Below the pieces are notes generated by a model. It did no database searches. It was not told the DNA's origin and saw only the letters and a program-made list of their open reading frames with translations. A stretch of 64,000 bases of DNA, from NCBI RefSeq assembly GCF_009914755.1, contig NC_060932.1. One strand, 5' to 3'. The stretch is from the human T2T-CHM13v2.0 reference genome, Homo sapiens. The position numbers and the translations under genes are program-made. Shown in pieces: positions 30,829-46,924 of the stretch. The number at the start of each line of letters is the position of its first letter. Positions within the stretch are counted from its first letter, which is position 1.

Positions 30829-33122
30829 CTTTTTTCCATTCTTATTGCTACAATTTATTTATGTACTTTTTCTTTCACCCACCTCCTATAACAGTCCTGT
30901 AGCTAATCCCTAAATTACTCCTTAATCCCTTGTCTCTAGCCCTTAATTCAGTTACATTAATTCCTGCTTTAATTAGTTTATTCTCCTATTCAATAATAAT
31001 AATAATAATCAAAATAGTATAAATGTATGAGTCCCCATACCTGTCTTACAAAATGGTGTTCAACCCTACAGCTGAATAGTCAAAATCCTTTAAAAATATA
31101 GACTAAATTTATTCAATTTATTATTCACTGTTCCCTATTCCACCTTACCTTCTCAACACACACTATCAACTCTACATCACTCACTTTTACCCAAATACAC
31201 CTTGCATTTTCCTGAATGTCTTTGCTCATGTTGACAATGATCTAAGCTCCAATCATTTGCACTTGTTAAAATCTTGCCACAAACATATGGCCAAACTTAC
31301 ACATAACTTCCTTCATGAAATCACTCCACACCATTTCAGTTAAAAACACTGTCAAAGGGCACAGATTCCAGTCCTAGCTTTGACACTACAGTTTTAAAAT
31401 TTTAGGCAAGTTATTTGCTTATTCTGAGTCTTAATCATAAGGATATCAAACTAGTTTATCTTGTCAAGCCTGTTCTAAGATTATATTTCTAACCATTATG
31501 TGTACATCAGAAGTTCTTAACCTCTGGTAATTTCATGGAATTCAAAAATTCTGTAAATACTTGACAACTAGAGGCAAAATTTGAGTGTATGTTCAAATGT
31601 GCAATGTATTTTCTCCCTAAGGAGTGGATCTAAAGGTGCTTTTATTAGCTCCTTAAAGTGGTCCATGACCCAAAAAAGGTTAGGAACCATCATTTCTCTG
31701 ATCTAAATCTTTTATTTACACAGACATAAACTGATACAAACAGCCCTTACATACCAATGGTAAATCTCCGAAAGCTTTAAGAATATAGTGCTTGGCGCTG
31801 TTATTTCTTAGAAATGATTCCGAATGATTTTTCCTCAACACACCTGACAGATAATGTTCACACGGGTGATTACTTTCATCAGCAACAGCTGGGCCCTGCA
31901 GTCTACTAAATGAACAAGTTGCTGCGGGTTTGGTGCCACTGCTAGCATGCTAGCTCTAAACTCCATCACTTTCTCCAACAATTCAAGATTTCTGTTATCT
32001 GTATCAGTGCTGTATTGTGCTTGGCATATTGTAAACAGTGCCTGTATATTTGTTAAATGAAAAAATAAATGACGTGATTCAAAGAGAACTAGTAAATGAA
32101 TGAGACTCAAAAAAAAAAAAAAAACCCAGAAGGGCTTAAATGAGAAAGGATATTAATCAGACTTCACTAAAGTCAATGAAATCTAACACAGTAAGAGATT
32201 TAGTGATACTTTTGGGAAAATATAAGAAAAAAATAACTGAAGTGTGTGCAGCTGAAGAAGTAAATCACAATTGGTGCTTCTTGAGGAAACCATAATTGCA
32301 CTCACTACATCTTTCTGAGACGTTTTGTAAATCAATGACAGACTATGAAGGATAAAATGCAATCATACACAATAATCACAACAAAGACAAGACAGTTCTG
32401 ACATCATTCAAAAAGCAGTCACATGCCTCCACATCAGTCTGCAATTCCTCAGGATGATATGGTTATAAGATGCAGAGGTCAGGCAATCCCTGAATAGGCG
32501 ACTCCCAAAACTTCAGCCCTCAGTAGGCTTACGCATCCAGGGGCCAAGCATCCCGATAAGAGCAAGGGCTGTAGGAAAGTAATTTTCTTTTCACAGACAA
32601 TGGCCTGGTTCCTATAAATCACAATACGCTTTGTTCATATATCCTGAGAGTTCTGAGATTGCAGCTACTACATATACAGCAGTTTCTTAAATGAAGAGAT
32701 CATATTGGCATACTGGTTTAAACAAAAATGAGTTCTTTCTGAAATAATTATTTCAATATAAATACTTCACATAAAAATAATACAAATATTAAGAAGAATC
32801 TCTGAAGAAAGTGTTTTTGAGTATTCTGTCGTTTCTATTTGTTGAATGACTTATGTTCCTCCCATAAATTTATCAACTACCCTCATATAAAAATTATCAC
32901 TTTGTCTTATTAGAATACTGCTACCATAAAAATCGGAACACTCAAGAACTAAATCATTCCAGATAGCCAAGTTTTTAACATAACTGCTAATTTAGCATTT
33001 TAATTTCTCTTTTCTTGATAGAATTTCTTTATGAAATATATTACATACCTCTATACACTGAAAAACAGATCACTCCAAACATAATTTTACTCTTCTTGAC
33101 AATTCAGGGCCAATTATTATGA

Positions 33123-33539
<417 letters not shown>

Positions 33540-33620
33540 TAATACGTAATTTATTTCTCTCTTTTCCTTTGCATAAATTAATCTCTTTATATATTTCCTT
33601 TTAGTTTAGAATGTTTGAAA

Positions 33621-33806
33621 AGTGCTGTCCAGTAGAAATATAAGCTTCCTATGTAATTGTAAACTTCCAGTAGCAATGTTTAAAAAAGACATGAGTTTTA
33701 ATAGCACGTTTTATTTACCCTACTATATCCACAATATTACCATTTCAACGTGTGGCAGCGTGTTCAGCAGCCAGCTGTGACGAGTGGCTTTGTGCTGGAC
33801 AGTGCA
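33621..33806. mobile_element. MER3-like hAT-Charlie element
   Basis: Inverted termini agtgctgtccag ... ctggacagtgc. Confidence 0.55.
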
Positions 33807-35320
33807 CATCTAAAACCATCATGAGCTGGAAGCTTACAACAGTAAAACGGTTGTAATCAGTCAGCAGCAAAAGCTGTTACTACAGTAGGAGCAAATTTGC
33901 GCTGAGTAAGATGAGGATTCTCCTAGGTACAAGGAACTTCAGTTTCAGAGCATGACTTTGCACATTTATTTGGAGGACAGAGAGAAAAAAAGAGGAGGGG
34001 AGGAAGAAGAGAGAAGAGTAGTAAAAAGAGAGGTAGGAATGAGGTTAGGGAGGGGAAAAGGATCCAATAAAAATATTCTTGAGGTGCGTAGACTCTGAGG
34101 AGGCTTAGAGACTCATAAGGCAACATGAGGCCTTTCTTAGTAGTTACTCTAGGGCTTGTAAAGGTGCATGCAATAATAATGGGAATTCACGAGAGTGAAT
34201 TCATGAGAGTTGAAGAATCCTTGCACCATGCTCCAGTATCCAGAGAAAGAGACCAGTAGAGGTTAACAGTGACTCCTGAAAAGGCAGCACAAGGTTATTA
34301 TGAGGCTACCTCATTCACATGTATATGCCAAGAGATGACTGAGAGTATGCTTAAGACAACAGGTCAAACACACTACTAATCCCTTTTATGGAATCTTGTA
34401 GAGATGCACAACTTTACCATAAGAAATACAGACCATTTCTAGTGACTCTGAAGTCCTGGACAAGGGACCAAAGGCATTGGTGAATTCAGCATTTCTTCCT
34501 GCTAACTTAAAAGAAGTGGAAATACGAATAAAAAACAGAAAAAGTAAATCTGGTTTGCAGAATGATGACTCCCTGGCAACTGCTGAAGAGCATCACATGA
34601 TTGACAAGAACATTTAATCAGGATAAAGGCAATGTCCTGCTATTAGAGCCCTTCTCCCCTCAAAAACAGTCAACTGTTCAAATATGTAAGTGAAGAAAGA
34701 CTAAAAACTGACTCCAGACTAGCCCCAGTAAAAATATTTTGAAGCTAGTTTGACAGGAAGCTCAAGGAAACCAATGTAACAAATTTCAAAACAGCAAATG
34801 GAAACTTACGTCAACAGAATTTTAAAAAGGAGGGGAGGAAAACTTAGTCTAGAGTACAAAAGCTTGAAGTGATAGTAGGTGGTGAGTATAGGAAAGGTCT
34901 TGATTAGCATTGTCAGTATTTCAGAGAGGGCTCTCAAAAGGAAAAACATCCTTATACGATGTAGTTCCAAAAAGAAGTTACTATATTTGGCTTAATGCAT
35001 AGAAGTATTTCTAACCATTTAAGTTACCCAACAATGGACTAATGGCAGACAGCACATAGGGATATGGTATAGAAATGCCGTGTAGTAATATAGTACGGAA
35101 TCCTTATGGGGTAAAAGGTTAGATTAGCTAACCTCTAAATTTAAGGTCTCTTCTAGAGTCATGAACGTGTGACTTTTATTAACAGTTGTATACTTGTTAA
35201 TTATATAAAATTGAACTTAAATTACACATGCATGCGTTTTTTATTTTCTGATCTTCATTAGAACCATCTTCAGTTCTCTAAATGCAGTTCATAATTTTAT
35301 GTACATTACCTGTATATGTA

Positions 35321-36570
35321 CTGTGAGTGATTTATAATAAGAAATATGTATTTGGTCTTCCTTTCCTGGCACATAGCCCCTAAATCTCTTGGAATTTCAG
35401 ATGAGTGTCTCAGATAAGTGATAAGTACATTTTTATATGTTAACGTGCTACAGTTTGAATGTCTGTGCCTTCCAAATGTATGTTGAAATTGGATGCCCAA
35501 TGTTGGAGGTGGGACCTAGTAAGAGGTGTCTGAGTCATGGAGGTGGATCCCTCATGAATAATTTAATTTGCGTTGGAAGGTGCACGGGGAGGAAGTGTGA
35601 GTGAGTTCTCACTCTATTAGTTCCTTCAATAGTTGGTTGTGAAAAACAGCCTGGCACCTCCCTCTCCATCACTTTGCTTCCTCCCTTGCCATGTCGTCTT
35701 TGCACATGCTGACTCCCCCTCACCTTCTGCCAGGAGTGGAAGCAATCTGAAGCCCTCACCAGACATAGATGCTGGCACCATGCTTCTTGTACAGCCTGCA
35801 AAACTGTGAGCCAAATAAACCTCTTTTCTTTATAAATTACCCAGCCTCGAGGTATTCCTTACAGCAACACATTAAATGGACTAAGATATAATGAGACGAC
35901 TGATGGCTGGGGGCTCCTGGATAGTCTCCAGATAGGGGCTGGTACCAGAGGAAACAATCATGTGACTGGATGGGTGGAACTTTCAGCCCCATGCCTGATC
36001 TCCAGGGAGGGAATGATATAATCAATTGGCCACAGTGAAGCCTCCAGAGAAACCCCAAGGGACAGGGTTGAAAGTGTTTCTGGGTTACTGAACGTGTGGA
36101 GGTGCTAGGAAGGTGGAGCACTGGGAGGGAGTATGGAAGCTCCTTGCCCCTGCCCACTGACCTTGCCCTATGTACCTCCTCATCTGGCCATTCATCTGCA
36201 GCCTTTGTAATTCCTTTATAATAAACTGGTAAACATATCTTCCTGAGTTCTGTGGGCACCACTAGCAAATAATTAAACTTGATGAAGAGGTCATGGGAAC
36301 CCCCAATTGACAGCCAGCAGATAAGAAGTATAGATGACAACCTACTACTAGCGAGTAGCCTCTAAAGTGGGGTGTAGTCTTCTGGGACTGAGCCTTTAAC
36401 TCACTGGATCTGACGTTAATTCCAAGCAGACAGTGTTAGAACAGAATCAAATTATAGGACACCTAACTGCTGTTGGAAGAGTGCTCATGGTAGGAAAAAC
36501 TTGCAAATTTTGGTGACCAGAAGTGAAATAAGCAGTAAAACAAAAAAGAGGTTTCTTTTCCTTTACACAT
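35321..36570 (+). mobile_element. MER21-like ERV LTR interrupted by an MST LTR
   Basis: atatgtatttggtcttc...ttcctggcacatagcccctaaa ... taatgagacgactgatggctgg ... aataaactggtaaac. Confidence 0.7.
35446..35888 (+). mobile_element. MST (MaLR) solo LTR
   Basis: tgctacagtttgaatg ... aaataaacctcttttctttataaattaccc ... ggactaagata. 5-bp TSD taacg/taatg. Confidence 0.85.
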
Positions 36571-36680
36571 ACATATACACACACGTGTTTGTATTTGACA
36601 AGCACTTTCCTTGAATAAACTCACTTAATCCTCAAATAATGCTCTGAGGTAACTGGGCAACAAAAGGTCAAACACTTCAG

Positions 36681-37110
36681 ATATTAGTTTCCTATTGTTA
36701 TTGTAACACAATACCAGAAACTAAGTGAATTAAAACACACATTTATTCCCACACAGTTCTGGAGGTCATAAGTCTAAAATGGATGAGCAGGGATGTGTTC
36801 CTTCGGAGCCTCTAGGGGAAAACACATTTCCTTGTCTTTTTCAGCTTCCAAAGCCTGCTCACATTCCTTGGCTTGTGGCCATGCATCACTATGACCTCTA
36901 ATTCTGTCATCAGATCGTCTCTGATTCTGAGCCTCCTTTAAAGAATCCTTGTGATTATACTGGGCCTATCCAGATAACCCAAGATAATCTCTCCATCTCA
37001 AGATTAACTTAATCACATCCGCAGTCTTTTTATCCCATAAGGTAACATAGTTACAGGTTCTGGGGATTAGTATGTTGACATCTATGGGGGCTAGTATTCT
37101 GCCTACCACA
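36681..37110 (-). mobile_element. MLT1 (MaLR) LTR
   Basis: attagtttcctattg ... acagttctggagg ... taatcacatc ... ttctgcctaccaca. Confidence 0.8.
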
Positions 37111-37423
37111 ACTAGTAAATGGCAGATTGAGGATTTTTAACAACAGTGAATGATGCCTCTCAAATACTGCTCTTTCATTGAATGAAAAGTACATACTTTT
37201 TTTAAAAATTTTATTATTATTATACTTTAGGTTTTAGGGTACATGTGCACAACGTGCAGGTTTGTTACATATGTATACATATGCCATGTTGGCATGCTGC
37301 ACCCATTAACTCATCATTTAGCATTAGGTGTATCTCCTAATGCTATCCCTTCCCCCTATCCCCACCACACAACTGTCCCCGGTGTGTGATGTTCCCCTTC
37401 CTGTGTCCATGTGTTCTCATTGT

Positions 37424-41257
<3,834 letters not shown>

Positions 41258-41524
41258 TATGATGTTAGCTAGTTATTTTGCTCATTAGTTGATGCAGTTT
41301 CTTCCTAGTCTTGAAGGTCTTTACAATTTGGCATGTTTTTGCAGTGGCTGTTACCGGTTGTTCCTTTCCATGTTTAGTGCTTCCTTCAGGAGCTCTTTTA
41401 GGGCAGGCCTGGTGGTGACAAAATCTCTCAGCATTTGCTTGTCTGTAAAGGATTTTATTTCTCCTTCACTTATGAAGCTTAGTTTGGCTGGATATGAAAT
41501 TCTGGGTTGAAAATTCTTTTCTTG

Positions 41525-41672
41525 GCAGCCGCCGCCGCCCGACCGCCGGGAGGATGGAGTTCAGCGGGCAGCGGAGCTGTCTCAGTCTTTGCCGCCGCGC
41601 CGGCGAGCGCCGCCTGGGAGGCAGCGGCTGGAGGAGCGGACGGGCCCCGCGGGGCCCAAGGGCAAGGAGCAG
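41525..41672 (+). pseudogene. MAST2: Transduced fragment of MAST2 exon 1 at the SVA 5' end
   Basis: Translates QPPPPDRREDGVQRAAELSQSLPPRRRAPPGRQRLEERTGPAGPKGKEQ, matching the MAST2 N-terminus as recalled (PEGKEQ in MAST2). Ends at GAGCAG and joins SVA Alu-like CCGCCTGCCTTGGCC. Confidence 0.9.
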
Positions 41673-41709
41673 CCGCCTGCCTTGGCCTCCCAAAGTGCCG
41701 AGATTGCAG

Positions 41710-42776
41710 CCTCTGCCCGGCTGCCACCCCGTCTGGGAAGTGAGGAGCGTCTCTGCCTGGCCGCCCATCGTCTGGGATGTGAGGAGCCCCTCTGCCTGGC
41801 TGCCCAGTCTGGAAAGTGAGGAGCGTCTCCGCCCGGCCGCCATCCCATCTAGGAAGTGAGGAGCGCCTCTTCCCAGCCGCCATCACATCTAGGAAGTGAG
41901 GAGCGTCTCTGCCCGGCCGCCCATCGTCTGAGATGTGGGGAGCGCCTCTGCCCCGCCGCCCCATCTGGGATGTGAGGAGCGCCTCTGCCCGGCCGAGACC
42001 CCGTCTGGGAGGTGAGGAGCGTCTCTGCCCGGCCGCCCCGTCTGAGAAGTGAGGAGACCCTCTGCCTGGCAACCACCCCGTCTGAGAAGTGAGGAGCCCC
42101 TCCGCCCGGCAGCTGCCCCGTCTGAGAAGTGAGGAGCCTCTCCGCCCGGCAGCCGCCCCATCCGGGAGGGAGGTGGGGGGGTCAGCCCCCTGCCCGGCCA
42201 GCCGCCCCGTCCGGGAGGTGAGGGGCGCCTCTGCCCGGCCGCCCCTACTGGGAAGTGAGGAGCCCCTCAGCCCGGCCAGCCACCCCGTCCGGGAGGGAGA
42301 TGGGGGGGTCAGCCCCCCCACCCGGCCAGCCGCCCCGTCCGGGAGGGAGGTAGGGGGGTCAGCCCTCCGCCCGGCCAGCCGCCCCGTCTGGGAGGTGAGG
42401 GGCGCCTCTGCCCAGCCGCCCCTACTGGGAAGTGAGGAGCCCCTCTGCCCGGCCAGCCGCCCCGTCCGGGAGGGAGGTGGGGGGGTCAGCCCCCCGCCTG
42501 GCCAGCCGCCCTGTCCGGGAGGGAGGTGGGGGGGTCAGCCCTCCGCCCGGCCAGCCGCCCCGTCTGGGAGGTGAGGGGCGCCTCTGCCCGGCCGCCCCTA
42601 CTGGGAAGTGAGGAGCCCCTCTGCCCGGCCAGCCGCCCCGTCTGGGAGGGAGGTGGGGGGGTCGGCCCCCCGCCCGGCCAGCCGCCCCGTCCGGGAGGTG
42701 AGGGGCACCTCTGCCCGGCCGCCCCTACTGGGAAGTGAGGAGCCCCTCTGCCCGGCCACCACCCCGTCTGGGAGGT
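41710..42776 (+). repeat. SVA VNTR (GC-rich ~37-50 bp units with G-runs)
   Basis: Tandem units such as gtgaggagcgtctctgcccggccgccccgtctggga and gggagggaggtggggggtcagcccc. Confidence 0.92.
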
Positions 42777-44706
42777 GTGCCCAACAGCTCATTGAGAACG
42801 GGCCAGGATGACAATGGCGGCTTTGTGGAATAGAAAGGCGGGAAAGGTGGGGAAAAGATTGAGAAATCGGATGGTTGCCGTGTCTGTGTAGAAAGAAGTA
42901 GACATGGGAGACTTTTCATTTTGTTCTGCACTAAGAAAAATTCCTCTGCCTTGGGATCCTGTTGATCTGTGACCTTACCCCCAACCCTGTGCTCTCTGAA
43001 ACATGTGCTGTGTCCACTCAGGGTTAAATGGATTAAGGGCGGTGCAAGATGTGCTTTGTTAAACAGATGCTTGAAGGCAGCATGCTCGTTAAGAGTCATC
43101 ACCACTCCCTAATCTCAAGTACCCAGGGACACAAACACTGCGGAAGGCCGTGGGGTCCTCTGCCTAGGAAAACCAGAGACCTTTGTTCACTTGTTTATCT
43201 GCTGACCTTCCCTCCACTATTGTCCCATGACCCTGCCAAATCCCCCTCTGTGAGAAACACCCAAGAATTATCAATAAAAAAATAAATTAAAAAAAAAAAA
43301 AAAAGAAAATTCTTTTCTTTAAGAATGTTGAATATTGGCCCCCACTCTCTTCTGGCTTGCAGAGTTTCTGCCGAGAGATCAGCTGTTAGTCTGATGGGCT
43401 TCCCTTTGTGGGTAACCCGACCTTTCTCTCTGGCTGCCCTTAACATTTTTTCCCTCATTTCAACTTCGGTGAATTTGACAATTAGGTGTCTTGGAGTTGC
43501 TCTTCTCGAGGAGTATCTTTGTGGAGTTCTCTGTATTTCCTGAATTTGAATGTTGGCCTGCCTTGCTAGGTTTGGGAAGTTCTCCTGGATAATATCCTGC
43601 AGAGTGTTCTCCCACTTGGTTCCATTCTCCCTGTCACTTTCAGGTACACCAATCAGGACGTAGATTTGGTCTTTTCACATAGTTCCATATTTCTTGGAGG
43701 CTTTGTTCGTTTCTTTTCTTTTTTCTCTAAACTTCTCTTCTCGCTTCATTTCATTCACTTTGGCTTCCATCGCTGATACTCTTTCTTCCAGTTGATCGCA
43801 TTGGCTACTGAGGCTTGTGCATTCGTCACATAGTTCTCGTGCCGTGGTTTTCAGCTCCATCAGCTCTTTTAAGGACTTCTCTGCATTGGTTATTCTAGTT
43901 AGCCATTTGTCTAATTTTTTTTCAAGGTTTTTAACTTCTTTGCCATCGGTTCAAACCTCCTCCTTTAGCTCGGAATAGTTTGATCTTCTGAAGCCTTCTT
44001 CTCTCAACTCATCAAGGCCATTCTCCGTCCAGCTTTGTTCTGTTGCTGGTGAGGAGCTGCGTTCCTTTGGAGGAGGAGAGGCGCTTTGATTTTTAGAGTT
44101 TCTGGTTTTTCTGCTTTGGTTTTTCCCCATCTTGGTGGTTTTATCTACCTTTGGTCTTTGATGATGGTGACGTACAGATGGGTTTTTGGTGTGGATGTCC
44201 TTTCTGTTTGTTAGTTTTCCTTCTAACAGTCAGGACCCTCAGCTGCAGGCCTGTTGGAGTTTGCTGGAGGTCCACTCCAGACCCTGTTTGTCTGGGTATC
44301 AGGCAGCAGTGGCTGCAGAACAGCGGATATTGGTGAACCGCAAATGCTGCTGTCTAATCGTTCTTCTGGAGGTTTTGTCTCAGAGGAGTACCCAGCCGTG
44401 TGAAGTGTCAGTGCGCCCCTACTGGGGGGTGCCTCCCAGTTAGGCTACTCGGGGGTCAGGGACCCACTTGAGGAGGCAGTCTGCCCGTTCTCGGATCTCA
44501 AGCTGCGTGCTGGGAGAACCACTACTCTCTTCAAAGCTGTCAGACAGGGACATTTAAGTCTGCAGGGGTTTCTGCTGCCTTTTGTTTGTCTGTGCCCTGC
44601 CCCCAGAGGTGGAGCCTACAGAGGCAGGCAGGCCTCCTTGAGCTGCGGTGGGCTCCACCCAGTTCGAGTTTCCGGGCTGCTTTGTTTACCTACTCAAGCC
44701 TGGGCA

Positions 44707-44781
44707 ATGGTGGGCGCCCCTCCCCCAGCCTCGCTGCTGCCTTGCAGTTTGATCTCAGACTGCTGGGCTAGCAATGAGTGA
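44707..44781 (+). pseudogene. Truncated L1 antisense ORF0
   Basis: ATG at 44707 gives MVGAPPPASLLPCSLISDCWASNE*, the recognisable ORF0 N-terminus, ending at a premature TGA. Confidence 0.75.
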
Positions 44782-46149
44782 GGCTCCATGGGCGTAGGAT
44801 CCTCCAAGCCAGGTGCAGGATATAATCTCCTGGTGTGCCATTAAGCCCGTTGGAAAAGTGCAGTTTTAGGGTGGGAGTGACCCGATTTTCCAGGTGCCGT
44901 CTGTCACCCCTTTCTTTGACTAGGAAAGGGAATTCCCTGACCCCTTGCGCTTCCCAGGTGAGGCGATGCCTCACCCTGCTTCGGCTCACGCATGGTGCGT
45001 TGCACCCACTGTCCTGCACCCACTGTCCGGCACTCCCCAGTGAGATGAATCCGGTACCTCAGTTGGAAATGCAGAAATCGCCCGTCTTCTGTGTCGCTCA
45101 CGCTGGGAGCTGTAGACTGGAGATGTTCCTATTCGGCCATCTTGGCTCCACCCCCAAGTAGATACTTTTTAAGGTATTCCCTACAAGTTGCTAGGAACAC
45201 AGGAATCTAAGAACACAGAAATCTAATTCTAAGATACATGAAATCTATCATCTAGAGGTACAGCTTGCAAAGCAACAAATAGAATTTTACCTGACATAGA
45301 CTTTCTTTTGAAAAAGAAGCTGTTTGAACAATATATGATGAACATCTAAAGTAAAACAACTACTCTTCTTTTTGGTTAAGTTTGCAATGAAGTGAAAAAC
45401 ATTCTTTAACCAATAAAAACATGTTTGTGTATTCTGAAACTTAAACATTAATGCTGAAATTCTGAATATCCTCATTTATATCTCCTTTCAGTTGCAAAGG
45501 TATTAAAATTTAATTTTTTTTTGTAAAAGCATGTTTTTTTAACACAAGAAACACTCGATTTTTAGTTAGCAGTACTAGTAGGTTAAGAATAAACTATAGA
45601 AAATATAAATCTAAATAGAAAAGCACAGTAGGCATGTTATTTTTATCTGCCAAATGCCTGTTAGAATCTTCCAGTGATCTCTCAAGTATGATTTGGGGAA
45701 TTGCTCTCCTCTATTGAGATCTTGTGATTCTGGTGCAGTTCCCAATCACAGCACCTTGCTCCACTTCTGGTTAATCATCACACTCTATCTGCAGAACAGT
45801 GACTAATGCAGGTATAGATATTTGGCTGAAACAGCTCAGAATTGTTCCTTGAAATTTTTTACTGCACAACTGGGAAAGACCTCTGCAGCTAAAGGGCTGT
45901 GGTCCCAGAGCTGCTAATGGCCATATTCCTCAAACCATGAAGAGCCTAAGGAAACAAAAACCATGCAGATGCAGACAGGAAATGGAGACACAGAGGCTGA
46001 AGTCATCTGGTAGCAGGGAAAGGACTAGAGGGAGCACAGAAGGGAAGGAGAAAGAATAGGAGAGAAAGATCAGAAAGGGAAAGGAACAAGAGTGAGGGGA
46101 GCCAGCAGAAAGAAAGGGCAGAGAATGAAGCAGAAAGAAGGTGGGTAGT

Positions 46150-46569
46150 TGTTATGGGCTGGATGTGGTTTGTCTCCACCAAAATTTATGCTGAAATTTA
46201 GTTGGCAATATAATGATGCTGAGAAGTGGGGCCTTTAAGAGGTGATGATGTTGTGAGAGTGATTAGTGCCTTTCTCATTGGAGTAGAAGTGAGTTCTCCC
46301 TCATGGGACTGAATTTGCTACCACGAGAGTGAGTTGTTATAAAGTGTGGTTGCCTCTCATGCTTGGCGTCTTTGCTTGTGCCCACTTCCCCTTCTTCTTC
46401 TCTGCTGGGTTAAGACCCAGTACGAGGCCCTCACCAGAAGCTGATCAAATGCAGCTGCCCAATCTTGGACCTCCTGGTCTCCAGAACTGTGGGCTAAATA
46501 AACCTCTCTCCCTTATAAATTACCCAGTCTTGATTATTCACTTATAGCAATAGAAGGCAGAATAAGACA
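46150..46569 (+). mobile_element. MST (MaLR) LTR
   Basis: tgttatgggctggatg ... ccagaactgtgggctaaataaacctctc ... taagaca. Confidence 0.8.
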
Positions 46570-46924
46570 ATGTTTTACAGAAACAGAGACAGTCGGATGC
46601 ATGATACAGTTTGAGTCCCCAGATCCAGCAGACCCTGAAGTCAAACCTATCTTTGCTTGATGTGGTTAGTTCATTAAGCAACAAACACTGTCAGCATAAA
46701 CAACAGTAATTTGATTCATGCATGTTTAAAATGTGCTTTGTGTCCTTCCTTTTAATTTCTTTCTCCCTCATTACTTCACTATAGCAGTCTTTAATCTTTC
46801 TTCCCTTCCCCTAACTTTATGACTTTCATCCTAAACATGGGCAGGTGAACATGTCCATGGAAACTGCATGAAACCCTCTAGCAACGTCTTTGGAGGTGTG
46901 GCCTGTGCCTGGCTAGGGAATCAC

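Larger units (their letters stand above)
41524..43304 (+). mobile_element. SVA_F1 (MAST2-SVA) retrotransposon
   Basis: MAST2-derived GC-rich head, short Alu-like remnant, VNTR, SINE-R, AATAAA at 43273-43278 and poly(A). Perfect TSD GAAAATTCTTTTCTT at 41509-41523 and 43305-43319. No CCCTCT hexamer head. Confidence 0.95.
41321..44130 (-). pseudogene. Disrupted L1 ORF1
   Basis: Starts MGKNQSRKT at 44130 and has an early in-frame TGA. Fragments MELKTTARELCDEC and REKMLRAAREKGRVTHKGKPIRLTADLS are visible. Split by the SVA; stop at 41321-41323. Confidence 0.9.

Noticed and set aside
33900-35170. Apparently unique purine-rich stretch
   Set aside because: It has weak resemblance to decayed L3/CR1, with no credible ORF or exon; too uncertain to call.
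35535-36340. Minus-strand ORFs up to 167 aa
   Set aside because: They lie within MST/MER21 LTR sequence.
41525-41672. Possibility that this window is the MAST2 locus
   Set aside because: Only a 148-nt fragment is present, lacking the start codon, fused to SVA and enclosed by TSDs.
41466-43105. Many overlapping GC-rich ORFs (up to 280 aa) on both strands
   Set aside because: They are products of the stop-poor SVA VNTR with repetitive translations; not genes.
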